Origin: Armatimonadota bacterium
GTDB lineage: Bacteria; Armatimonadota; UBA5829; DTLH01
Length of the DNA: 64,000 nt
Assembly: GCA_038207085.1 (NCBI GenBank)
Contig: JBBRAE010000004.1
Span: forward strand, 1 to 64,000
Direction of reading: 5' to 3'
The first letter of the stretch is position 1, and each line of letters begins with the position of its first letter. The notes beneath the pieces were generated by a model that saw nothing but the letters and a program-made list of their open reading frames with translations, had not been told where the DNA came from and ran no database searches. This document shows, piece after piece, positions 17,588 through 28,926 of the stretch. Position numbers and translations under genes: made by a program.

Positions 17588-20500
17588 TTACGCTGCCCTC
17601 AGGCTGCGCCAAATATCTTTCTCAACGCACCGACCCGGATACCCCTGGCGGAGCTTGTCGTCGAGCCGACCACCGGTGAGCACGATCTGCGTCCTATGGT
17701 CGTCGGGAAGTTTATCTGTTATTTCAATATCCGGGACGCGCTCGTCCTCGATCCCAAGCTTGCACAGAAGGTCGCCCACGAGCTCACACGCGCCGTCGGT
17801 GTTTATGTCGCAGAGGCTTCCCGCGTAGAGCTTGAGAAGCGTGCCGTCCTCAGGGGTGTGCGAGCGTGCGTAGTCCTCGATGATTGGGTGCCATGTCCTT
17901 GGGTCAAGCCAGTTTGGCGCGACAAACCACACGCCCTGACTCACTTCAGAGACCGAAGTTGTGGGGTCGATGAAGTGCACTCCGTGGTCGAACTCCGCCC
18001 GCACCAGCTCTGCTATGTCGTAGCTTCCGCTGTAAGCAAGTTCGGTCGGCAGTTCCCACTTCTGCTTAAATACTACCCAGTTGTCGCGTATGAGCTTGTC
18101 CCGGTCTATCTTCTCTCCTGAGAACGTCTGGCTGCCGAAGTGGTGGACAAACACGTCCACTGCAGCGGCGCAGCTGAAGCCCGCGATCTTGGCCCGCAGG
18201 CAGTAGTCGTCGTCTTCGAAGTTGCCGAGTCCGAACCTGGGGTCAAGCCCGCCGATCTCATCGACAAGTGTCCGGTTGATCATCATACAGAACCCCACCA
18301 GCCGCGTCGGGAAAAACGCCTTACCCGCGTAGAGATCAGCGCGGCTCTTTGCAAACTCGTCCAGCCCCTCAAGGCTGGAGAGATTGTAGGATGCCGACTG
18401 CACAAGCTGCATCCCCGCGACCTTGTTGCTCATCGGGCCGACGATGCCGATTCTTGGGGTGCGCTCAGCCTGTTTGATCATCGCGGAAAGCCACCGCGGC
18501 GTCACGACGACGTCGTTGTTCATCAGCACAACGTAGTCACCGGATGCAACGGCCATCCCGCTGTTGTTTCCAGCGGCGTATCCGAGGTTCTTCTCGTGCC
18601 GGACGATTTTCACCGCCTCGCACAGCCCCGAGTGTCGGGCTTTTACCGACTCAAAATATGAAAGCGTGCCATCGACCGAGCCGTTATCAACCAGCACCAG
18701 CTCATAGGGCACGTCGGTGCACCGTTCGATGCTCTCGACGCACCGTTTTGTGTATTCCACCTGGTTACAGGCAAGGATGACGATCGACGCGTTGCGCCCG
18801 CGAGTCTCGCTCATCTCCGAGAAGACTGCGGCCATCTTGGCTTTGACCGCCGCAGGCGACCATTCTTCAACCCGTTCCCGTCCTCCTGCCGAAAGCCTGC
18901 TCCAAAGCTCTGGGTCGGCATAAAGCTCGACCGTAGCCTGCGCGAACTCCTCGGGAGTGTCGACGATAAGCGCATCTTTGCCGTGGGTCAGGCCCATGCC
19001 TTCCGCGCCGACCACGGTCGTGACGACCGGCAGCCCCCAGGCGAGCGCTTCTGAAATCTTGCCTTTGGTCCCCGCGCCGTAGATGATCGGGTTGACGCTG
19101 ATTCGCGCGCTTCGGAGCAGGTCGGCGAGGTCCGGCACGTATCCTGTTACGATTATCCTATCACTTGCAAGCGACTGCACCTCAGGCGGCGGGTTGTTCC
19201 CCGCGATTATAAGCTTCGCATCTGGAAGCTCCGGCGCGATTTTTGGCATTACTTCTTTGCAGAACCAGAGGATCGCGTCGATATTTGGCCCGTGGTTGAA
19301 GTTGCCGACGAAGAGCAAGTCGCGCGTCTCGTCGAAAGATTTGATCTCATCGACCTGCGGCGGGATATGCGCCATCACGTCGATGGGGACGTTCTTGACG
19401 TAACCAGCAATCGCCTGCTTGTCCTGCTCTGTGACGGTCCAAAGCCGCTCTGCCTGCCTGTAGACGGCGAGTTCGAACTTGCGCTTGTCGAACGTATCGC
19501 GCCTGAGCTCATCGCTCTTTTTGCTTTCGGCCTCGCGCAGGTTCCTTAGGAAGTGGAAGTCCTGTGTGTCGACCACCACGCGCGTGTTCGGCGAGTGCTT
19601 GCGGATCATCGTCAGGTAGTGCTCCGCAAGGTGCCAGAAGAAGACTATCGCGATATCGAAGTTGCGCTGAAAAATCGTGTCGTAGGGCACCTGCGGCACC
19701 CCTTCAAGGAGCGCTCCAGCGCCTCTCATCGCCTCTGGGTCGCCTGCGTAGACCTCGACCCCCATCTGTTCGAGTATCGGTACATAGATGTCACGGTACC
19801 TGTCGTTTCGGGCGATAAAGGTGACGTGGTAGTTCAGCTCTTTTAGTATCTTCAGGAAGTTGAATACCTTCTGGCTTCCTGCTGCGCGGTCGAAGAACGG
19901 CAGAAATGCGTCGCAGACAAGGACGCTTCCCACGGTGCCGCGTTCTGCTGCTGCGAGCGCGTTTTTGGGGTCATGCACCTGATGCTTTTCAAGGTCGCAT
20001 GCCCATTTCTCAACAAATTTGGTGTGATTTGTGACCTGGTAGGCTTTGAACCCGGAATTTGTGTCCGTTCCAGACGTCCCACCTTCAAAGTGAACGACGA
20101 CGCTTTTGGGCTGATAGTATACTTTGTAGCCGTGACGCCTCACTTCAAAGCAGAGGTCCGTGTCTTCACAGTATGCTGGGGAGTAGCGGGTGTCGAACCC
20201 TCCGATCTCGTCCCAGAGGTACTTTCGAATCATCAACGACGCGCCCGAGCAGTAGTCGACTTCCCGCACGTAGTTATAGCGAGGGCCCGAAGGGCTTTCG
20301 CCTCGCCCGTAGTTCCAAGCGTTGCCGTCCGAGAATACGAGACACCCTGCCTCCTGGAGCCTCCCGTTCGGGTAGACGAGCTTCGATCCGACCGCACCGC
20401 AGTCGGGGGTGTTCTCAGCAAGTTCGACCATCGAGTCAAGCCAGCCGGGCTGGACCTCGGTATCGTTGTTTAGAAACAGAACATACTTGCCTCGCGCCTC

Positions 20501-23176
20501 ACTTGCTCCCTGGTTGCACGCGCCGACGAAGCCCGTATTCTCGGTGTTAAAGATTGCCCTGGCGCGGCTCCATTTGAGCCCGTTCAAGAACTCTCGTGTG
20601 CCGTCGTTTGAGGCGTTGTCTACGATGATTATCTCATAGGACGGAGTTGGCGTATTCTGCATTATCGCGTCGAGGCAGGACTGCGTCATCGTAAGCCCGT
20701 TATAGACAGGGATTACGATGGAGACCACCGGCTCTTCGGTCTCTCTGCTTAGCCGGTTGTATCCTTCGAGCGCTTCCTGGTTGTTTGGGTCAAGCTCAAG
20801 CGCGCGGGCGAAAAGCTCCGCGGCATCTTGTGTCATGTTCAGGTCTTCATAGATGCCCGCGAGGTTGCGCAGAGCGTCCGGGAACTGCGGGTTGATATCG
20901 ACTGCCCGGCTGATGTGTTCAAGCGCCTTGCGCCGTTCGTGTTTCTGATAATAGAGCACGCCGAGGTCGTTGTGTGCCCTGGCCTCTTCCGGGCACTCCG
21001 CAACTATCTCCTCAAGCCTTGCCACAGCGCCATCGACGTGACCGCGCTCGAGCATCTCAAGCACGCGCCTGATCTCATCCTCGTCATAGATATGGTTCAT
21101 CTTATCACCATCTTTCGGGCGATATGTCCCGACAAACACAAACTGCATCGCAGCGAGTTCTTCGAATTCCTCGTTGGTTACAAAGTGGAGCGCGAGGTTG
21201 CCGTAACGGACAACACGCTCCTCACCTTTTGGGCGAAGGTCAGCTATTTCATCCTTTGAAAGAACAACCAACGGTTTGACCGATCGCACATGCACCCCGG
21301 CTTCGCGCAGCATCTTCTCGCCGTCGCGCCGGGCGAAGAATCTGAGGTGTGTGCGGTCGAGGATACCTTCATCGACGTAGCGCCAGTACCCAAGCTCCAT
21401 CACCTCGCGCATGTGGTAGAAATATCGCACGTTCGGCAGGCTTGTGATCATCGTTCCGCCGGGTTTTAGGAATTTTACGTAGGTCTTGACGATTTTCCAG
21501 GGGTCGCGCAGGTGTTCGAGCACATCGGCAAAGACTATTGCGTCGAACTGACCATCTTCAAAGTCCGGTTCCAAGCTTTCGATGTCGGCGTTGATCACCC
21601 GGTCGATGTGCTTTTCTGCCCAAGTGCTTGCTTCAGTCGAAAGCTCGATCCCGGTCACGTGGCGGTCCGGCCTGTCGCGCTTCAGCATCTGGCCAAGCAT
21701 CCCCGCGCCGCATCCGACGTCGAGAATGTCGATTGCCTCCTCGGGGACCTCTGATATGATCTCGCGGCGCACTTTCCTGAAGTATTCGGGAAGTGCCGAG
21801 AGTCCGATGGGGTAGGCCTCGCTTTTCTCGACTTTTGTGAAGTCACCGCAGGCGATTTTCTCCTCGCAGTGCTTGATTATCTCGTAAAGCCGTTCCTGGG
21901 GTACATTCTTTTCATTGAGATAGAGGCTGTCGTTCTCGCGTCTGAGCTTGATCCATCCCTCGATATCTTTACCGAGGTTGTTTGCAAACATCGCGAGGTA
22001 GCGCAGTCTGCTCCACCTGAACTCCGACCCTCCGACGAAGCCTTCCGCCTCGGCCCAGGCCCAAAGCGGTGTTCCCGGCATCGGGGTAAGTATGGTCACC
22101 TCGTGGCACACAAGCTTCCCTGAGGCATAGTTATCGAGAATGAAATTGTAGGTTTCGAGCACGTCTTCTTCGGTCTCTTCGGGGTGTCCGAGAACGAACC
22201 CGCACGCCGTCGGCAGATCGAACTTCTTGAACATATCGAGCGCGCGCTGGTTTGTTGCAACGCTTGAGCGCTTATCTTTGAGTATCTTCAGAATTCGCTC
22301 GCTGCCGGACTCCGCGCCAAAGCCCGCGCCCGTAAACCCTGCCCAGACAAGCATCCGGCAGAGCTCCTCGTCAACGAGGCTCGCCCTGATCGACCCGGAG
22401 AACCTGATCTGCTTCAGAATCCCGCGCTCGTCGAGGAGCTCGATCATATCTTCCAGGCGTTTTCTGTCCCCGGCGACGAGGTCGTCCCAGAAGGCGATCT
22501 CCCGCATCCCGGGAAACTTGCGCATAATCCCCGCAATCTCGTCGACGACCCGCTCCGCGCTGTGGTAGCGCACGTTGTCCCAGTAGGTCGATGAGGCGCA
22601 GAAGCTGCACTTGAACGGGCATCCGCGGCTGGAAAAAATATACGGCTGCTGGCCGTCTTTCAGTCCAAAGCTTCTATCGGGTATAGGCAGATCGTCAAGA
22701 CAGGCGAGATTCGCCCGCCTGGCGTTAGTGCGCAGTTCGTCGCCGTCGCGGTAGACGATTCCTTCTATCCCCGCGAGTTCACTTGTGCGAACGCGTCCCT
22801 TGTCCACGAGCACCGTGACGATCTCCGAAAACGTGATCTCTCCCTCGCCGATGACGCCGATGTCCGCCGACTCTGGAAGCGTCAGGGGAAACGCCGTAAT
22901 ATGGTGTCCTCCCCAGACTACTATGGGAACTCCCGCCGTCTTTGCCGCGTCTGAGAGCTTGACGCCGTCCTCAAAGTCCTGGGATATACATGTAATCCCG
23001 AGCACGTCGGGCCTATAGGCGATCGCCTCTTCCACGTTTTGGGCGAGGTGAAAATGCAGTTGGTCTGGAAACAGCTTCTCGCAGTAGGCCTTGATATATC
23101 CGAACCCGATAGGCGGGCTCCAGTGTACATCAACTGGGTTGGTGGCCTGTATAAAACAAATCTTCAAGAGACTCAA
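17588..23176 (-). CDS. Multidomain fusion: B12-binding radical SAM + class I methyltransferase + TPR + GT2 + GT4-like + GT2
   Basis: VVWGGHH/GEGE B12 domain, [20 protein letters not shown]...DVLEHL, TPRs, VSIVIPVYN...[18 protein letters not shown]...[19 protein letters not shown]...MNNDV; start uncertain (TTG 23176 with GGAG, or up to 23227). Confidence 0.9.
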   Translation of the reverse strand: MSLLKICFIQATNPVDVHWSPPIGFGYIKAYCEKLFPDQLHFHLAQNVEEAIAYRPDVLGITCISQDFEDGVKLSDAAKTAGVPIVVWGGHHITAFPLTLPESADIGVIGEGEITFSEIVTVLVDKGRVRTSELAGIEGIVYRDGDELRTNARRANLACLDDLPIPDRSFGLKDGQQPYIFSSRGCPFKCSFCASSTYWDNVRYHSAERVVDEIAGIMRKFPGMREIAFWDDLVAGDRKRLEDMIELLDERGILKQIRFSGSIRASLVDEELCRMLVWAGFTGAGFGAESGSERILKILKDKRSSVATNQRALDMFKKFDLPTACGFVLGHPEETEEDVLETYNFILDNYASGKLVCHEVTILTPMPGTPLWAWAEAEGFVGGSEFRWSRLRYLAMFANNLGKDIEGWIKLRRENDSLYLNEKNVPQERLYEIIKHCEEKIACGDFTKVEKSEAYPIGLSALPEYFRKVRREIISEVPEEAIDILDVGCGAGMLGQMLKRDRPDRHVTGIELSTEASTWAEKHIDRVINADIESLEPDFEDGQFDAIVFADVLEHLRDPWKIVKTYVKFLKPGGTMITSLPNVRYFYHMREVMELGYWRYVDEGILDRTHLRFFARRDGEKMLREAGVHVRSVKPLVVLSKDEIADLRPKGEERVVRYGNLALHFVTNEEFEELAAMQFVFVGTYRPKDGDKMNHIYDEDEIRRVLEMLERGHVDGAVARLEEIVAECPEEARAHNDLGVLYYQKHERRKALEHISRAVDINPQFPDALRNLAGIYEDLNMTQDAAELFARALELDPNNQEALEGYNRLSRETEEPVVSIVIPVYNGLTMTQSCLDAIMQNTPTPSYEIIIVDNASNDGTREFLNGLKWSRARAIFNTENTGFVGACNQGASEARGKYVLFLNNDTEVQPGWLDSMVELAENTPDCGAVGSKLVYPNGRLQEAGCLVFSDGNAWNYGRGESPSGPRYNYVREVDYCSGASLMIRKYLWDEIGGFDTRYSPAYCEDTDLCFEVRRHGYKVYYQPKSVVVHFEGGTSGTDTNSGFKAYQVTNHTKFVEKWACDLEKHQVHDPKNALAAAERGTVGSVLVCDAFLPFFDRAAGSQKVFNFLKILKELNYHVTFIARNDRYRDIYVPILEQMGVEVYAGDPEAMRGAGALLEGVPQVPYDTIFQRNFDIAIVFFWHLAEHYLTMIRKHSPNTRVVVDTQDFHFLRNLREAESKKSDELRRDTFDKRKFELAVYRQAERLWTVTEQDKQAIAGYVKNVPIDVMAHIPPQVDEIKSFDETRDLLFVGNFNHGPNIDAILWFCKEVMPKIAPELPDAKLIIAGNNPPPEVQSLASDRIIVTGYVPDLADLLRSARISVNPIIYGAGTKGKISEALAWGLPVVTTVVGAEGMGLTHGKDALIVDTPEEFAQATVELYADPELWSRLSAGGRERVEEWSPAAVKAKMAAVFSEMSETRGRNASIVILACNQVEYTKRCVESIERCTDVPYELVLVDNGSVDGTLSYFESVKARHSGLCEAVKIVRHEKNLGYAAGNNSGMAVASGDYVVLMNNDVVVTPRWLSAMIKQAERTPRIGIVGPMSNKVAGMQLVQSASYNLSSLEGLDEFAKSRADLYAGKAFFPTRLVGFCMMINRTLVDEIGGLDPRFGLGNFEDDDYCLRAKIAGFSCAAAVDVFVHHFGSQTFSGEKIDRDKLIRDNWVVFKQKWELPTELAYSGSYDIAELVRAEFDHGVHFIDPTTSVSEVSQGVWFVAPNWLDPRTWHPIIEDYARSHTPEDGTLLKLYAGSLCDINTDGACELVGDLLCKLGIEDERVPDIEITDKLPDDHRTQIVLTGGRLDDKLRQGYPGRCVEKDIWRSLRAA

Positions 23177-23372
23177 GATCTTCTTCTCCGCAAACTTCCC
23201 GGCGTCAATGCGCCTGTCCCGGCACAAATACTGGTTTATCTAATTATCGGAAAAAATCTCGTGAGCTTTAGGCAGGATGTGTGGAATATTGGGGAACTAG
23301 GAGTAGGGATGTGGGGATTGAGGGTTGTATTAGCTCCTGGAGTCTGCGGTACGCCGTGAAGTTGGAGGAGCG

Positions 23373-23563
23373 CACCCTTCGAGAGCCTCAGGGTGAGGGG
23401 TTGGCATGGGTGGATGTATGAGAGAGTGTACCGCCACTCTGAGCAGCAAAGCGTCATGCTGAGGCTCTCGAAGCACGAAGGGTGAGCGACCACCATCTCC
23501 CATATTTGATCAATCCAAAACCAATCACGTTGAGGTTCTCGAAACGCGCGCTCCACCCAAAGA
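23373..23563. repeat. REP-like CTTCGAGAGCCTCAG family element, copy 1
   Basis: cacccttcgagagcctcagggtgagggg plus inverted units gtcatgctgaggctctcgaag and tcacgttgaggttctcgaa; homologous to 58347-58489. Confidence 0.75.
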
Positions 23564-23605
23564 GTCGACACAGGCCAATCCCCCGAAGCTAATCCCAGCC
23601 GTGCT

Positions 23606-23929
23606 CTAGTCGTCCTCGAACTTATCCACCCACACCGCCGGGTCCCAATTTTGTCCAGTACTGCACTTGCCGGTGCCGACCTTGCAGTTATACCACGCCG
23701 GTTCGCCCTTCTCCGTAAGTGGCGACGCTTTTTCATGCCCCTTAATGTGCAGAGTAGAGTTTTGCAGCACGATGGCTCGCGTGTGACCGTCCAGATACAC
23801 GCAGTTGATGTGAATGCCGTCGTCCATATTCCCGCGTGTGCGCCGGTCGTGCCAGCCGCAGCCTTCGCAGTGAGGATATTCGAAGTCGTTTATGCTTGTG
23901 TAGCTGGCAGACTGCTTGACTGCCCACAT
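23606..23929 (-). pseudogene. C-terminal remnant of a prepilin-processing-associated H-X9-DG (DUF1559-like) protein
   Basis: INCVYLDGHTR motif; an in-frame TGA lies a few codons upstream and no prepilin N-terminus is present. Confidence 0.45.
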
Positions 23930-24055
23930 TGTTCCACAGAGCAGTGGGAACGGTCAAATCGTGTGCAATAGGCGTAGTGGGTGAGAACAAAGATATATGA
24001 GAATGGCCCGGCAGAAAACTCCGTCGGGCCACGTTACCAGGGACGTCCCCCATGC

Positions 24056-24574
24056 TTACTTAACTCCGAGCTTGGCGAACTCCGCTTTGATCTTGTCGGC
24101 GCTCGTATTGCCCGTAAACACAGCTTTCACAACGCCGGTCTTGTCGATGACATAGAGCGCCGGCACGCCCTCGATTCCGTAGTTTTGGAGGACTTTCATG
24201 CCGCTTTGCGTGCCTGCAAATGCGTTGGGGTAGGTGACTTTATACTCTTTGACGAACCCCTGCGCGTCGCTGATTGCTTCGTCGGCGCTTACGCCTACTA
24301 TGTTGACGCCTTTGCTCTTCAGATCGGTATATACTTGGTTCACAGCCGGGGCTTCATCCTGGCAGTGCGAGCACCAGCTCACCCAGAACACAAGAAGCGT
24401 AGGTTTGGTCGTGTAGTCGGACAGCTTGACATTGCCGCTGCCCGATACGTTGCCGAGAGTGAAGTTGGGAGCCTTCTCACCGACAGCGACTTGCGCGGCA
24501 GCCGGGGAGACAATAAATACAGCCATCATTGACACAGTGAGCACTATGCCCAGGCCAAGTTTTACATATCTCAT
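24056..24574 (-). CDS. Exported TlpA/ResA-like thioredoxin-fold protein
   Basis: Signal peptide; APNFTL, FWVSWCSHC (CxxC), GVPALYVID. Confidence 0.9.
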   Translation of the reverse strand: MRYVKLGLGIVLTVSMMAVFIVSPAAAQVAVGEKAPNFTLGNVSGSGNVKLSDYTTKPTLLVFWVSWCSHCQDEAPAVNQVYTDLKSKGVNIVGVSADEAISDAQGFVKEYKVTYPNAFAGTQSGMKVLQNYGIEGVPALYVIDKTGVVKAVFTGNTSADKIKAEFAKLGVK

Positions 24575-24776
24575 GGCGATTCACCTCAGTTATCCACTTA
24601 GCCCCACTTATTAATCTGTTACCCCCACGTGCCGCGCGCAATGGCAATCTGGCTCAAAGTTTTACGTCAATGTGAAAAGTAGTAACCCATAGGGGTGACT
24701 AACAACAGGTGTGGGTGACAAGCCCGGGCAAGCGTGTTTTCTGCCTTCATTGATTGAACACACTTGAACCAGGAGG

Positions 24777-26003
24777 ATGGAAGTGATATCCGTCATTGCC
24801 CGTGCGCCTACCGCTGAAGAGATCGAACAAGCTGCGCTGGTCGCCAAGACCGCGTTCAACTCACCACAGATCGACCCGTGGCACAGAGCCTACAACTGGC
24901 TCGCCGAGTACAATGGCCTTGAGTGCATCGTCGTAGTCGAGGCAAACGACCAGATCGTTTCGTCGCTCCTTTGCACTCCGGGGCAGGCTGTGTTCGGCGA
25001 CGACCTGGTGCCGATATCTGCAATTGGAGGTGTCGCGACGCTTCCGGGGTATCGCAGATGCGGCTACGGTGAGCTTATGATGCGCGAAGCCGTGCGCGCG
25101 CTCGGACGAAACGCCATCCACGCATCGGTCCTCTGGCCCTCGTTTTACGACTACTACCGCCGCTTCGGCTGGGAAATCGGCTGCGAGCTTCGAAAATACA
25201 CGCTCACATCAGACTTTGCAAGAGAACTCGCAGGTCCCAAGGGCGTTCGACCAGCCCGAAAGAGCGACATCCCCGCGATAAGCGAGCTCGTAAATCGTTT
25301 CGCTCGTCGTCACACCTGCGTAAGCGTCAGGGACGACACCTGGTGGAGAGGCGTTGAGGCGACCCACGGCCTGGTGTTCGACGGCATCGACAACGTAAGA
25401 GAAAGCCGTGGCCCCTGGGTGCACGAGTCGGGCGGACAGGTCGATGCCTTCGCCTTTTGCTCCATCGAAGCGGGACGCGAGCCCGAGCAGTTGATGGTCC
25501 GCGAACTGGTCGCCGACACTCCCCATGCCAGACTCGCCGTTCTATCGCGCTTTGCGGGCGAAGAAAGCCCGAAGGTGATCTCCTTCACCGCCCCGTCCGA
25601 CGACGACTTCGTCCAAGGGCTTGATAATCCGCGCGCAATTATGGTTGAGGTCGAGGCCGGTTTCCAGTTCCGGGTGATCGACCCGCTGCCAGCGCTTGAG
25701 CTGCGAAGCGCCGACCCCGATCTTTCCGGCACACTAGGTTTCGACATCGAAGACCCCGTCCTAGGGCAATCAAGCTTTGACATAGAGATCGATGGCGGCC
25801 GAATAGTTCGCTCCGACAAACGGTCTGAAAAGCGCCTCGCGATGACGATCCAGACCTTCTCACAGCTCTACTGTGGCTACACAAGCGCCAAGGTAGCGTC
25901 AAAACACGGCAAAATCGCCACAGACTCCCGAAAGCCCCTCGACCTCGCAACGCGCCTGCTCTACCGGGCTACTCCGTTCAGGTCGTTCCTTGAACTGGGA
26001 TAG
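24777..26003 (+). CDS. Eis-like GNAT acetyltransferase with C-terminal SCP2-like domain (paralog 1)
   Basis: IGGVATLPGYRRCG, YYRRFGW, ELVAD, FSQLYCGY. Confidence 0.88.
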   Translation: MEVISVIARAPTAEEIEQAALVAKTAFNSPQIDPWHRAYNWLAEYNGLECIVVVEANDQIVSSLLCTPGQAVFGDDLVPISAIGGVATLPGYRRCGYGELMMREAVRALGRNAIHASVLWPSFYDYYRRFGWEIGCELRKYTLTSDFARELAGPKGVRPARKSDIPAISELVNRFARRHTCVSVRDDTWWRGVEATHGLVFDGIDNVRESRGPWVHESGGQVDAFAFCSIEAGREPEQLMVRELVADTPHARLAVLSRFAGEESPKVISFTAPSDDDFVQGLDNPRAIMVEVEAGFQFRVIDPLPALELRSADPDLSGTLGFDIEDPVLGQSSFDIEIDGGRIVRSDKRSEKRLAMTIQTFSQLYCGYTSAKVASKHGKIATDSRKPLDLATRLLYRATPFRSFLELG

Positions 26004-26014
26004 TCACTTTATGC

Positions 26015-26040
26015 GTAGGGGCGGGCCAATGTGTCCGCCC
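26015..26040 (+). repeat. GTAG-type REP-like hairpin (copy 2)
   Basis: GTAGGGGCGGGCCAAtGTGTCCGCCC. Confidence 0.7.
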
Positions 26041-26147
26041 TTCTCCGGGCGACGGACAATTCTCGGCCAACCAGCGCCGCTAACTGCTGACGACCGATAG
26101 CCGAATAGTGTATACTATCGCTAGCGATTCTATCAGGAGAGCAGACA

Positions 26148-27365
26148 GTGAGTGCCGTCATTGCAAGGCCACCGACCGCGAGCGAACTCGACCAAGCCGC
26201 GTACGTCGCCCAGGTAGCGTTCGACACCCCCGAGATCGACAGTTGGGTCAGGTCCCACAACTGGATAGCCGAAAACCACGGCCTCGAGTACATCATGGTA
26301 GTGGAGCAGGACCGCCGCATCGTCGCCTCGCTCATCTGCACGCCTGGTGAGGCCTACTTCGGCGAGGATATCGTGTCGCTCTCTGCCGTGGGCGCGGTTG
26401 CGACGCTTCCCGAGTATAGAAAAGTCGGATGCGCCGCTGCGATGATGCAGGAGGTCGTGCGACTGTTCCTAAGGCGCAACATTCATACCTCGGCGCTGTG
26501 GCCGTTTTCGTATCATTATTACAGGAAGTTCGGCTGGGAGATCGGTGGCGAGCATGTCAGCTACAGCATGACGCGCGAGTTCGCTTCCACGCTCGGCCAC
26601 ACTGGCAGGGTTCGCCCCGCGTGGGAGCGCGATCTGCCTGGGATAAGCATCCTTGTCGCCAGGTTCGCAGAAGCGCGAAACTGCGTCACCGTGCGCACTC
26701 CCGAGTGGTGGAACTGCCTTTCCTCTGTCTACAACATGCGCCTTGACGGTGAGGACGACCTGCGCAAAAGCTGCAGCCCGTGGGTCCACGAAACCAGCGG
26801 AAAGATAGATGGCTACGCGTTTTTCCTCATCGAAGGAGAAGGCGAAAACGAGGTAGTGAAGATAAAAGAGCTGGTAGCCGACACCCGCGAGGCCCGAAAC
26901 GCGCTTCTTTCCAAGTTTGCCGAAGCCGGTGCGCCGAGGATTCACTTTCCAGCGCCCCGCGACGACCAGTTTTTGCAGGAGCTCTCGAACCCCCGCGATG
27001 TCATTGCTGAGATTAGCGGAAGTTTTCAGTTTCGTGTGATAAACCCGCCAGCCGCGCTTGAGATGCGAAGCGTAGACCCGAAAATCTCAGGCAGACTCGG
27101 TTTTTCGATCTCAGACCCCGTGCTTGATCCCTGGGATTTTGACATAGAAGTCGACTCAGGTCGAATATTGATGGGAAATAGCACAGCTAAAGAACGTCTT
27201 ACAATGAATGTGCAGACATTTGCACAGCTCTACAGTGGATATGTGAGCCCGACCAGAGCCGCAGAGCTTGGCCGCCTCAAAGCGACCTCGCAGACCGCGC
27301 TCGATTTCGCGGATTCGATCCTTCAGGGACGAACCCCGTATCGCGCGTGGATGGAGCTTGGCTAG
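26148..27365 (+). CDS. Eis-like GNAT acetyltransferase (paralog 2)
   Basis: VGAVATLPEYRKVG, YYRKFGW, FAQLYSGY; collinear with paralog 1. Confidence 0.88.
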   Translation: MSAVIARPPTASELDQAAYVAQVAFDTPEIDSWVRSHNWIAENHGLEYIMVVEQDRRIVASLICTPGEAYFGEDIVSLSAVGAVATLPEYRKVGCAAAMMQEVVRLFLRRNIHTSALWPFSYHYYRKFGWEIGGEHVSYSMTREFASTLGHTGRVRPAWERDLPGISILVARFAEARNCVTVRTPEWWNCLSSVYNMRLDGEDDLRKSCSPWVHETSGKIDGYAFFLIEGEGENEVVKIKELVADTREARNALLSKFAEAGAPRIHFPAPRDDQFLQELSNPRDVIAEISGSFQFRVINPPAALEMRSVDPKISGRLGFSISDPVLDPWDFDIEVDSGRILMGNSTAKERLTMNVQTFAQLYSGYVSPTRAAELGRLKATSQTALDFADSILQGRTPYRAWMELG

Positions 27366-27387
27366 TCGGACTCTTCAGGAGGTTAAC

Positions 27388-28770
27388 TTGAAATACACTA
27401 CCGCCATTGCGCTTGCCGCGATATTTGTCACAGCGCCTGTCGTCTTGGCAGACGATGTGCAGCCGCTCCCGCCGCCGGTCGAGGCCGCCCCCGCACCTGC
27501 AGCGACCCCGGCGACTGCGCCGGTACCGGCTCCTCCGGTCGAGCAGGTAAAGCCTACGCCCCCGCCTGTTCCCGCTGTCACGCCGGACTCGGAGATATTC
27601 CGCCGCACCCCAAAGATCGACGGCCAGATCGATCCCGGCGAGTGGGACAAGTTCTATTCTTTCGAATATAACGGCGTCCGCGGCACAGCCTACATCGACT
27701 GGGATGATCGCAACCTCTACGTCGCCTCGCGCACGAGCGCCCCAAGCGACCTGTTGATCATCCTCGACGGCGCGGCAGACGGCTGGTTCCACGGCTCGGA
27801 CAACTTCGAGATCACCGCCAAGCGCGCGGTTGGCGACGGGGCTCCGACACTTACCGTAAGCCGCTATCAGAGCAAAGGCAAACCCGGCGCACCCGCGGCC
27901 CCGCTTGTCGCCGCCGAGTCTAGCATGTTCGTCATGAAAGCCGCCTCAGCGCCTGACTCAAATGTCTACGAGATCGCGATACCGATTTCCGCCGTGCCCG
28001 GTCTTGATCTCAAGCTCGACAGGCAGATCGGGCTCAAAGTCGCTGTCGGCGTCGGCAGCCCGGAAGTCACCTGGATTCCCACCGCTCCGTTTGGCGAGGT
28101 GCAGATGGCTTCGTTCGTGTGCGCCAAATCAAACAGCCTTGTCCCGCTTAAGGTGGACGTTGAAGTCCGCGACCCGAGGCTCGTTCCCGGCGACGAACTA
28201 AACGCCAGGATCACCTTTAGAAACACAAGTGAAGTTTACGCCAGGATCGACACCATCATCGTCGGCGGCGAGGGCAAGACCGCAAAGCTTCTCGGCAGCG
28301 AGCTTCTTCGCCTCGATGGCATCGCTCCAGGCAAGTCCTACACCGCGATGTTCAAAAGCGCCCTTGGCAAGACTGCGACGATCGGCAGCGCGGCAATGGG
28401 TGTTGAAGCACGGTGGGGAGAAGAGCGCGTAGCAAGCTCGCTTGTATCGTTTGACGTGGTTTCCGCCTACGAAGTCGGTATCGACTGTTCGGTGCAGGGC
28501 AAGACCGGAGAGCGGCGCGTGATTGTGACTGTGAAGAACAACACCAAAAAGTCCGCCTACGGCAAGGTGAAGCTGAGCCTCCCCGAGGGCTGGCAGGTCC
28601 GCCACTCTGTCGTAGACAAAGAGTTCTTCCTGCGCGACGAGGACGCTTCAACTGAAGTCGTCTACCGCGTAACTCCTCCCGCAGGCGCAAAGGGCCGAGT
28701 TCCCGCGCTTGCCGAGGTACAGATCGGCGGTCAGACGATCTCCGTCTCCGGCGTAGTCGACGCTCAGTAG
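27388..28770 (+). CDS. Secreted protein with Pro/Ala linker, CBM9-like sugar-binding domain and Ig-like domains
   Basis: AGGAGG before TTG 27388; signal peptide; PKIDGQIDPGEW...WDDRNLYV...YEIAIP; LSLPEGW. Confidence 0.7.
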   Translation: MKYTTAIALAAIFVTAPVVLADDVQPLPPPVEAAPAPAATPATAPVPAPPVEQVKPTPPPVPAVTPDSEIFRRTPKIDGQIDPGEWDKFYSFEYNGVRGTAYIDWDDRNLYVASRTSAPSDLLIILDGAADGWFHGSDNFEITAKRAVGDGAPTLTVSRYQSKGKPGAPAAPLVAAESSMFVMKAASAPDSNVYEIAIPISAVPGLDLKLDRQIGLKVAVGVGSPEVTWIPTAPFGEVQMASFVCAKSNSLVPLKVDVEVRDPRLVPGDELNARITFRNTSEVYARIDTIIVGGEGKTAKLLGSELLRLDGIAPGKSYTAMFKSALGKTATIGSAAMGVEARWGEERVASSLVSFDVVSAYEVGIDCSVQGKTGERRVIVTVKNNTKKSAYGKVKLSLPEGWQVRHSVVDKEFFLRDEDASTEVVYRVTPPAGAKGRVPALAEVQIGGQTISVSGVVDAQ

Positions 28771-28785
28771 TAGTACGAGTATATA

Positions 28786-28813
28786 ACGGGCGATCTTCGG
28801 GTCGCCCGTCTTT
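28786..28813 (+). terminator. Terminator-like hairpin
   Basis: ACGGGCGATC-TTCG-GGTCGCCCGT then CTTT. Confidence 0.55.
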
Positions 28814-28850
28814 CCATTCATCACTCCAACCCTCAAAATTCCCCAGCGGT

Positions 28851-28879
28851 TTGTTAATCTATCACACAACGGGTATAAT
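28851..28879 (+). promoter_or_regulatory. Sigma70-type promoter for pepF
   Basis: TTGTTA-17 nt-TATAAT. Confidence 0.6.
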
Positions 28880-28926
28880 TGCGGCATAAGGTTGCTTGGT
28901 ATACGATTATTTACAGGAGAACGACA

